From: a virus
Lineage: Duplodnaviria; Caudoviricetes
IMG/VR virus record: IMGVR_UViG_3300017777_003033
Coordinates: 1-40,692 of that record
Length of the DNA stretch: 40,692 nucleotides
Direction: 5' to 3' (one strand)
The notes under the pieces are model-generated. The model made no database searches. It saw only the letters and a list, made by a program, of their open reading frames with translations, and was not told where the DNA came from. Each line of letters opens with the position of its first letter. The first letter of the stretch is position 1. Positions 33,848 through 40,692 of the stretch are shown here, one piece after another. Both the position numbers and the translations under genes were made by a program.

Positions 33848-36246
33848 AGTTTACTTAAAGTTTTTAATGTTTTCAATAATGAATCCGGAGTTATTGAGAT
33901 ACTATCAATACCTTCTTCCACTAAGAATTCTGCAAAATCAGGGAAGTCAGACGGACCTTGACCACAAATTCCAACTTTCGTGTTTGTTTTCTTTCCAATT
34001 TTTATTAAATGAGATATTGCTCTTTTAACTGCGAGATTTCTTTCATCGTAAATCGAAGAAACAAGTGCGGAATCCCTATCTAAACCTAAAACTAATTGTG
34101 TTAAATCGTTTGACCCAATTGAGAATCCGTCAACATATTCTGAAAATTCTTCTGCCATAAAAATGTTTGATGGTAATTCGGCCATTAAATAAACTTCTAA
34201 CCCTTTCTCACCTCGTTTTAACCCATAAGATTCCATAACCTTATAAACTTTCAATAACTCATCTATGGTCCTACAAAAAGGTATCATAACAACGACATTA
34301 TCGAATCCCATTTTTTCCCTAACTCTTTTTATTGCCTTAATTTCCATACCAAAAGCTTCTTTATAATTGTCGGAATAATATCTTGACGCTCCTCTCCAAC
34401 CAATCATTGGGTTTTCTTCATCCGGTTCAAAATACGACCCACCTAAAAGATTTTTATACTCGTTTGATTTAAAGTCTGAAAGTCTAACAATAACTTTATT
34501 GGGGTAAAATGCCGCTGCAATTCTTGCAATACCATAACTTAATTTTTTAATGAAGAAAGTTTCTTCATCGTCATACCCTTTAATAATTGAATTAATTTGT
34601 TTTGATAATTCCTCATCTCCAATCTCTTTATGTTTTAATAACGCCATTGGATGTGCTTTTATATAGTTATTTATTATGAATTCTTCTCTTGCCAAACCAA
34701 CACCTGCGTTTGGAAGATTTGAAAACTTAAATGCGATTTCGGGAGATGCAACATTCAACATAATTGGTGTTGAAACTTCAGGTAAATCGTCCAAATTTGT
34801 TTCAATTCTTTCATAATCAATGAAACCATCATATACAAAACCAACATCTCCTTCTCCACAAGATACTGTTACCTTTTGATTATTTTTTAATATCTCCGTA
34901 GCATTCATTGTTCCAACAATTGCCGGTAATCCCATTTCTCTTGCAACAATCGCTGCGTGACATGTCCTACCTCCTCGATTTGTTATAATCGCAGACGCTT
35001 TTTTCATTATAGGTTCCCAATCAGGGTCTGTCATATCGGTTACTAAGACACTTCCCTCAACAAATTCAGAACAATCTAACGACCCATCTCTACCATCTAA
35101 TGAATACATAATAGTTACTTCTCCATTAGTGATTTTATCTCCAACAGCACTACCTTTAACAATAGGTTTTAAATTTTCAGTGTTAATTGTATATTCGGTT
35201 AATATATCTCTTTTTTTCCTTGAGTGGATTGTTTCAGGTCTAGCCTGAACAATATATAACTCATTAGTTAATCCGTCAATCGCCCATTCCACATCCATTG
35301 GACACCAATGTCCTTTTAATTCTGAGTAGTATTTTTCAATTGATGTAACCCATTTTGCGATTTCTAATACTTGTTTATCGTTAATACAAAAATTGTTTCT
35401 ATGTTCATCATCAATATTAACGATTTTGGTTAACTTGCCGTGGTCTTCACCATAAATCATTTTTTGGTCTTTATTCCCTAATTTTTTTTCAATTATGGAA
35501 CTAAACCCTTTTTCCAATAATGGTTTAAAAACAATAAATTCATCTGGTGATATTGTTCCTTGAACTATCATTTCTCCTAAACCATATGAACCATTAATCA
35601 TAACAATATCTTTAAACCCACTTTCTGTGTCTAATGAAAATGCGACTCCGGACGAAGATAAATCTGACCGGACCATTTTTTGGATACATACCGACAACCC
35701 AACATCGAAATGGTCATAACCAAAAGAATTTCTATATGAAATCGCTCTATCGGTGAACAAAGATGCAAAACAATTTCTAACTGACTCTAAGATTGATTCC
35801 GAACCTCTAACATTTAAGAAAGTCTCTTGTTGACCTGCAAAAGAAGCGTCAGGTAAATCTTCTGCGGTTGCCGATGACCTCACCGCAACATCAGTCATTG
35901 TTTGACCATAAATTTCGGACAACTCACGATATTTTGTTTGTATTTCGTTTTTTAATTGTTCAGGAAAAACCCCATTACGAATTAATTGTCTTATAGTTAA
36001 ACCGGTTCTTCTAAGCTCAATAATGTCATTTTCTTTTAAATTTTCAATAAGTTCTCTGATTGGTTTATCTAAGTTATTGTGGTTTATGAAATCATAATAA
36101 CCATCTATAGTTATTGCAAATCCATTAGGAACTTTAATTTCTAATTTTTTTAGGTGTTGTAACATTTCGCCCAACGATGCGTTTTTTCCTCCAACAATAT
36201 TAATGTCTTTCAAAGACACATTGTCTAAATTTAAGATGTATTTCAT
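33838..36246 (-). CDS. ppsA: phosphoenolpyruvate synthase (pyruvate, water dikinase)
   Basis: VGGKNASLGEM, VAVRSSATAEDLPDASFAGQQETFLN, GGRTCHAAIVARE (phospho-His), EENPMIGWRGASRY, FSIGSNDLTQL, GICGQGPSD; full length 802 aa. Confidence 0.97.
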   Translation of the reverse strand: MKYILNLDNVSLKDINIVGGKNASLGEMLQHLKKLEIKVPNGFAITIDGYYDFINHNNLDKPIRELIENLKENDIIELRRTGLTIRQLIRNGVFPEQLKNEIQTKYRELSEIYGQTMTDVAVRSSATAEDLPDASFAGQQETFLNVRGSESILESVRNCFASLFTDRAISYRNSFGYDHFDVGLSVCIQKMVRSDLSSSGVAFSLDTESGFKDIVMINGSYGLGEMIVQGTISPDEFIVFKPLLEKGFSSIIEKKLGNKDQKMIYGEDHGKLTKIVNIDDEHRNNFCINDKQVLEIAKWVTSIEKYYSELKGHWCPMDVEWAIDGLTNELYIVQARPETIHSRKKRDILTEYTINTENLKPIVKGSAVGDKITNGEVTIMYSLDGRDGSLDCSEFVEGSVLVTDMTDPDWEPIMKKASAIITNRGGRTCHAAIVAREMGLPAIVGTMNATEILKNNQKVTVSCGEGDVGFVYDGFIDYERIETNLDDLPEVSTPIMLNVASPEIAFKFSNLPNAGVGLAREEFIINNYIKAHPMALLKHKEIGDEELSKQINSIIKGYDDEETFFIKKLSYGIARIAAAFYPNKVIVRLSDFKSNEYKNLLGGSYFEPDEENPMIGWRGASRYYSDNYKEAFGMEIKAIKRVREKMGFDNVVVMIPFCRTIDELLKVYKVMESYGLKRGEKGLEVYLMAELPSNIFMAEEFSEYVDGFSIGSNDLTQLVLGLDRDSALVSSIYDERNLAVKRAISHLIKIGKKTNTKVGICGQGPSDFPDFAEFLVEEGIDSISITPDSLLKTLKTLSKLKK

Positions 36247-36258
36247 TTATTAATAATT

Positions 36259-36492
36259 TTAATTATTGATTGTTATTGATAGTTTATATTTTAGTGTTCT
36301 GTTGGTCATATCCATAATACCGAATACCACTGAGTTATCTTCAGGATTAATCATTACAGGTGTTATCATATAACCTTCTATATTATTTAATGTTTGTTTA
36401 ATCTCATTAACCAAGTCATTTGGTATATTGGTTTCAACCTCAATTTTTTCTAATGTTTCAGGGTTGTGGTGTGCTGATTTGTAATTTCCCAT
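36259..36492 (-). CDS. hypothetical protein
   Basis: 77-aa ORF between thyA and ppsA. Confidence 0.7.
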   Translation of the reverse strand: MGNYKSAHHNPETLEKIEVETNIPNDLVNEIKQTLNNIEGYMITPVMINPEDNSVVFGIMDMTNRTLKYKLSITINN

Positions 36493-36506
36493 ATAATGAT
36501 TTAATT

Positions 36507-37337
36507 TTAAATTGCTAATTCTAATTTTGACTTTAATTTGATAATACCTTCGGTTCCGACAATCTCAAAATCATCAATATTATAGTCATAAAAGTTCTTA
36601 TTTTCATTCAAAATTAGTTTTGGTTGGATGTCTAATGGTTCTTTTTTCAATAACTCTAATGCTGCATCAAAATGTCTGTCGTATATGTGTAGATTCTGAA
36701 CCAAATGACAAAACTTACCTACTTTGTAATTACAATGTTGAGCAATCATCATTAGAAGTGCGGTATATTGTATTTTATTTATATGATTTGCAATAATATA
36801 ATCCGAAGACCTTTGAATCAATGTCATATCAAGAATTAATCCATCATCTCCACTTCTAACCGACCACAATGTTTCGTATGCACATGGATATAATCCATTT
36901 GTTTCTTGTAAATCAGAATATTGATACATATTAATAATATGTCTTCTTGAAAACGGGTCTTTAATTAATCCACCAATTAATCCATCCATTAAAGAATATT
37001 TAGCGATAGTTCTACCATATCTCTGACCAATTGTATCATCACCTATATTCCATTCTTCCCACCAATTTATACCCATTTCACGGGCAACCTCCAATGATGA
37101 AGTTTGTTTTTGGTAAATCCATAATACCTCTTTAATTCCTGTCTTAATGGCGGTGTTTCGCAATGTTGAAATTGGGAATTCTCCTTTTGAAATATCATAC
37201 TCCTCAAAAACTTGAGTGATAAAATTACTATACGCTGGAGTTCCATCGATGTATTTAGGTCTCGGATTTTTATCTATATAACCTTCAGATAAAATTTCAT
37301 TTAAATTTTCAATATAATATTTGTCCGCTTTATTCAT
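36507..37337 (-). CDS. thyA: thymidylate synthase
   Basis: FPISTLR, IGQRYG, PFSRRHI, LYPCAY (catalytic Cys), IQRSSD, N..QY, NLHIYDRH, C-terminal LAI. Confidence 0.95.
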   Translation of the reverse strand: MNKADKYYIENLNEILSEGYIDKNPRPKYIDGTPAYSNFITQVFEEYDISKGEFPISTLRNTAIKTGIKEVLWIYQKQTSSLEVAREMGINWWEEWNIGDDTIGQRYGRTIAKYSLMDGLIGGLIKDPFSRRHIINMYQYSDLQETNGLYPCAYETLWSVRSGDDGLILDMTLIQRSSDYIIANHINKIQYTALLMMIAQHCNYKVGKFCHLVQNLHIYDRHFDAALELLKKEPLDIQPKLILNENKNFYDYNIDDFEIVGTEGIIKLKSKLELAI

Positions 37338-37756
37338 TATCTAATAATTTTTAAATTCATAATCGGATGTATTTCCGTAATATTATGTCCTTTATCAAAA
37401 ACATATGGTCCTTCTATTTCAATATTATCACCTTCTCTGGGTATGGTAATTTTATTTTTATAGAACCAACATGTTGGAAATATTGAGGGAACTACACATA
37501 CAATTTCACCTACTAAGCACCCATTTTCATCTTTGTAATTGTTTTTTACCAATAATGAACTATCACCTATCTTTAATCTTATATGTATGTCACCATCAAT
37601 ATCGGATTCAATTTTTTCAACTCTTCCCGATAAAGTTTTGGAAGAATCTAACAGAGTTAATCTATCCGGATGATGAACCCTATTACAAGGGCAATCTTCC
37701 TTTGAGATTAAAGTTAATAATAATAAAATACCTATAACTAATAATGTTAATTTCAT
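37337..37756 (-). CDS. exported OB-fold-like protein
   Basis: Signal anchor; SGRV...DGDIHIRL...EI.C...IEIEGPYVFD..H...EIHP. Confidence 0.6.
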   Translation of the reverse strand: MKLTLLVIGILLLLTLISKEDCPCNRVHHPDRLTLLDSSKTLSGRVEKIESDIDGDIHIRLKIGDSSLLVKNNYKDENGCLVGEIVCVVPSIFPTCWFYKNKITIPREGDNIEIEGPYVFDKGHNITEIHPIMNLKIIR

Positions 37757-37757
37757 A

Positions 37758-38057
37758 CTATATTTTAAAATTTACTTTTTTCCAACGATGAACTTTAATA
37801 CTTACTTGTTGGTTTATTGGAACAACATATAAATCCAAACCTTCCTTCTCTTCAATATAACCATCACCTGTTTTAATTATGGTTATATAATCTCTATCCC
37901 CATTTCTATTAGATACTATCCCATGTTCAAGAACCACACCACCAATAATTTTAGTTTCTCTTAAATAAAAAACACCAATAAACAAGGTTATAATACTGAA
38001 CATTAATATTACTGCGAATAACTGATTAATGAAATTTTTAATGGTATTATAATTCAT
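37758..38057 (-). CDS. membrane-anchored hypothetical protein
   Basis: N-terminal TM followed by a beta-rich domain. Confidence 0.65.
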   Translation of the reverse strand: MNYNTIKNFINQLFAVILMFSIITLFIGVFYLRETKIIGGVVLEHGIVSNRNGDRDYITIIKTGDGYIEEKEGLDLYVVPINQQVSIKVHRWKKVNFKI

Positions 38058-38058
38058 T

Positions 38059-38232
38059 TTACCTGTTTTTCTCGTTATTTTTTATGATTTTGTATGCCAT
38101 TTCATAAACATCAACCCTATCTTTTTTTAGATAATCCGCGGACAACACTTTAATTAGCTCAAAAAAGGATTCTTTTTTATCTAACTTATGAATTTTAAAA
38201 ATTATTTCCTCGATTCTTTCTTCGTTTGTCAT
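38059..38232 (-). CDS. 57-aa hypothetical protein (MTNEERIEEIIFKIH...)
   Basis: Hand translation; ATGA overlap with the upstream gene, stop 1 nt before the next ATG. Confidence 0.7.
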   Translation of the reverse strand: MTNEERIEEIIFKIHKLDKKESFFELIKVLSADYLKKDRVDVYEMAYKIIKNNEKNR

Positions 38233-38435
38233 ATTTTGTTGTTATTTTGATTATTCCATTCATCAATTATGTATTGCATGTTGTCCGTTAGATAATCCAT
38301 TTTTGATAACCATTCAAAAACATCACTGATTCCCAAAATATAAGCATCTTCCATCGATTTGACAACTCCTTCTTTATCGATAACATAAGTTTCACTTACA
38401 TTTTTTTCATAAATTTTATTTAATCTCTCTTTCAT
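38229..38435 (-). CDS. hypothetical protein
   Basis: TATATTTG on the minus strand at 38476-38469. Confidence 0.7.
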   Translation of the reverse strand: MKERLNKIYEKNVSETYVIDKEGVVKSMEDAYILGISDVFEWLSKMDYLTDNMQYIIDEWNNQNNNKI

Positions 38436-38497
38436 GGCGTTAAAGTTCTTATAAATTCATTCATAACGCAAATATAATAAATTTTTTTCAAACATAC

Positions 38498-38534
38498 AAA
38501 AAAATTCTCATCAAAGGATGAGAATTTTCTTTTT
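38498..38534 (-). terminator. intrinsic terminator, possibly bidirectional
   Basis: AAAATTCTCATC-AAAG-GATGAGAATTTT with A/T tracts on both sides. Confidence 0.75.
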
Positions 38535-38562
38535 GTTAGTATTCGAATATAGTTATTCTATA

Positions 38563-38784
38563 TCATTCATTTATGATTATCATATTAGTGTTAGATATCG
38601 GAACTCTTAAAACCGGCATTGGGTTTAAATGTAGTTCAAGTGGTATTTGAATTGCCTCATAACAACTTACTAAAACCTTTACCGTTTTTATTCGTTCAAA
38701 AGATTCTATTATTTTAGAATCACCTCGAGAACCATCTAGTAATCGAATTGTTTTTTTAGATGTGTCAAAAATTAGTGTTTGCAT
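38563..38784 (-). CDS. hypothetical protein
   Basis: TATCTTTG on the minus strand at 38833-38826. Confidence 0.7.
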   Translation of the reverse strand: MQTLIFDTSKKTIRLLDGSRGDSKIIESFERIKTVKVLVSCYEAIQIPLELHLNPMPVLRVPISNTNMIIINE

Positions 38785-38839
38785 ATTTTATTTTTTAATT
38801 TAGTTTATAAGATATAATTTTTCAACAAAGATAATAAAT

Positions 38840-39037
38840 TTAAATTAAATGATTATTTTTTTTTTCATAATTTAATCTTCCTCGACATTTTGTTTTTTCA
38901 TCGACATCCCACAATTTCTCACCACCATTCTTTGTCATATGACAATTGTGTGGTTTATCGGTTCTTTTTGAAAAATCAATAATTGTTTCGTTGTGTTTGT
39001 TCTTTACCCTCCAAGGACATTCTTTACATTCTTTCAT
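38840..39037 (-). CDS. small Cys/His metal-binding protein
   Basis: CKECPW...HNCH...CRG. Confidence 0.65.
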   Translation of the reverse strand: MKECKECPWRVKNKHNETIIDFSKRTDKPHNCHMTKNGGEKLWDVDEKTKCRGRLNYEKKNNHLI

Positions 39038-39040
39038 AAT

Positions 39041-39928
39041 TTAGTTTCTTCGTCGATAAAGTTGGCTCCAACCCTCAACTCCGCCATTATTAAGATAATC
39101 AGTATAAGTAGTGTATTGGTTATTAGGTCTAAAACCTGTGTCAATTCCTGTAATATATTGATTTATCATTTGTGAAATACTATCGTGATGTTGATTACCT
39201 ACATCTATTTTTGATTTTGATTCATTTATTTTTGAATGAATTTTTTTGTAGTCTTCTAAATCCATAATGGTTTCATCTTTTTTAATCTCAGAAATAATTA
39301 TGTTGATAACATCAACAGATATTGGGAGAGTTAAAGGACTAACTTCTTTATCAACAGACAACCAACCTTGAATTTTAGTTGAATCTCCTTGTTTAATAGA
39401 AACCGCATATTTGTCATTATTGATTCTATCGATAATGTAAATTAATTTGTATTTGTCGATATAATCGTTCCAATATCTTTCTTGAGTGGTGCACCATTTT
39501 GTGTTTGAACCATAAACTCTTGAGGCATCGTAACTTAATGGGATAACAACGCAATATTCATCATTATCAAGTAATTTTATTACTTGTTTTTCCGTATCTT
39601 TTTGTTTTTGGATTTGTTCCGCATCTTTAACGGAATCCTTAATAGAACGAAACCCTGAATGTTGTCCTATATCATTTTTTTTGATTCTAGCTGCCCTGCA
39701 ATGAATTTCAAACTCATTTAGAGATACAACATTATCTTCACCAATCAGTTCAGCTCCCATAATCAATTGAGTTTCCTCATGGGTTTTACCATCAAACCAT
39801 TCTTTTAATTGTTTGATTAAAAACTCGGTGTATTTGTATGTATCAGTTGGGTCAATCATACCCATTAAATCGATAATGGATATATTAAATTCCGGATGTT
39901 GTTGTTTTAATTTATCTAATCTTGACAT
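39041..39928 (-). CDS. hypothetical protein, YGxxTxWCTT family (paralog of 29957-30961)
   Basis: MSRLDKLK; ASRVYGSNTKWCTT; TATATTTG at 39960-39953. Confidence 0.8.
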   Translation of the reverse strand: MSRLDKLKQQHPEFNISIIDLMGMIDPTDTYKYTEFLIKQLKEWFDGKTHEETQLIMGAELIGEDNVVSLNEFEIHCRAARIKKNDIGQHSGFRSIKDSVKDAEQIQKQKDTEKQVIKLLDNDEYCVVIPLSYDASRVYGSNTKWCTTQERYWNDYIDKYKLIYIIDRINNDKYAVSIKQGDSTKIQGWLSVDKEVSPLTLPISVDVINIIISEIKKDETIMDLEDYKKIHSKINESKSKIDVGNQHHDSISQMINQYITGIDTGFRPNNQYTTYTDYLNNGGVEGWSQLYRRRN

Positions 39929-39971
39929 ATTTTTTTTATTTTAATCATAGGGCAAATATAATAAAAAAATT

Positions 39972-40433
39972 TTATTCGGATAGTTTTTTATTACTAAATT
40001 CTTTTATTCCGGTAACTTCATATAAAATTTCTCTCTCAAGATATTTTGGAAATTCTATTTTTTCATCGATGTCGTTTAATTCAACTTCAAGTATTACAAT
40101 ATTTATTCCCTCATATTTATCAATCTCAAATTTTTTACCTTTGTATTTGATGACCGTTCTTGTCTTATTGATATGTAACGAGTTTGATAAATCTAATTCA
40201 TTAAATTCAAATATGGTTAGAGTGGTTTCCTCTTCCTGATTGACACCTTTCGATATATTAATTTTTTTTGTTTTAAAAATTTCAACTTCATTTGTTGGAA
40301 CTTCAACTTGTTTTCTATATCGATAACCATCCGAGTGGTACCATTGATTAATTTGAAAAACATTATTTATTTTTTCAAATCTCGGGAATCTTTTTAATAG
40401 AAACTTTCTTTCAATTTCTTTGAATATTTTCAT
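39972..40433 (-). CDS. CYTH-domain (triphosphate tunnel) protein
   Basis: EIERKFL, INKTR, FEIDKY, ILEVEL, EVTG...FSN..L. Confidence 0.88.
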   Translation of the reverse strand: MKIFKEIERKFLLKRFPRFEKINNVFQINQWYHSDGYRYRKQVEVPTNEVEIFKTKKINISKGVNQEEETTLTIFEFNELDLSNSLHINKTRTVIKYKGKKFEIDKYEGINIVILEVELNDIDEKIEFPKYLEREILYEVTGIKEFSNKKLSE

Positions 40434-40692
40434 ACTAATTCTTTTTCTAATTTAAACCATTGTGGGATTTCTCTATTTTTCCATTTTGCAAATGATGATT
40501 TTGCACCAATATAATAATTTCTATAAGATTGAGTCACCGATTTTACTTTATATTCATCCGGCATTGCTTTTGGAGGTTCGGTAAACCCTTTGTCACAAAT
40601 ATTGGCTTTATTTGTGATACACCACTCAATAACATCTTGAGATTTATGTCGTTTTCCATATCTATGGGTATATTCTTTACAAAGAGCCAAAC
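40430..40692 (-). CDS. pyrimidine-dimer DNA glycosylase family protein, C-terminal part (start outside the window)
   Basis: ALCKEYTHRYGKRHKS...T.PP.AMPDEYK...SYRNYYIGAK..FAKWK.R..P.WF. Confidence 0.7.
   Translation of the reverse strand, partial: LALCKEYTHRYGKRHKSQDVIEWCITNKANICDKGFTEPPKAMPDEYKVKSVTQSYRNYYIGAKSSFAKWKNREIPQWFKLEKELV

Noticed and set aside
18053-37760. TAG-to-Gln recoding (code 15), suggested by the NG*GS ending
   Set aside because: Long conserved genes (ppsA, thyA, endolysin, T9SS protein) have no in-frame TAG, and TAG stops at 20766 and 37758 abut the next start codons as real stops do
1518-40239. Many antisense or out-of-frame ORFs in the track (e.g. 2494-2901, 4578-4778, 26828-27199, 30423-30686, 33756-34028, 39922-40239)
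   Set aside because: Shadow ORFs lying inside better-supported genes or repeats, with no promoter and no protein-like signature

Overview
This is an AT-rich, densely coding 40.7 kb segment that reads as part of a large T4-like (jumbo/huge) phage infecting Bacteroidota. Host evidence: at least 13 TAnnTTTG (-7 box) promoters, no Shine-Dalgarno sequences, Bacteroidota-style signal and lipoprotein peptides, and a T9SS C-terminal sorting domain. Standard genetic code. Recognisable genes are a GIY-YIG nuclease, a thioredoxin fusion, a zinc-repeat/PD-(D/E)xK nuclease, NlpC/P60, cyclophilin, SmpB, a DRGH non-specific nuclease, a GH19 endolysin, PEP synthase (ppsA), thyA, CYTH and a partial pyrimidine-dimer glycosylase. 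The less ordinary structures are: (1) a 7-gene coupled envelope operon (22421-29003) combining two CsgG-like proteins, cohesin/dockerin-like proteins, a T9SS cargo and a beta-barrel with curlin-like 11-aa repeats; (2) about 15 unrelated proteins sharing an MKxIITExQ/L N-terminal leader, nearly all behind a TATTTAT motif, arranged at the left end as cassettes joined by a repeated terminator/hairpin/promoter junction; (3) a stand-alone fragment resembling gp23 major capsid protein; (4) a candidate small RNA at about 18218-18306; (5) a candidate -1 frameshift at U_UUU_UUA; (6) a non-coding left end with phased DnaA boxes. All family assignments come from motif recognition by eye; no database searches were run.
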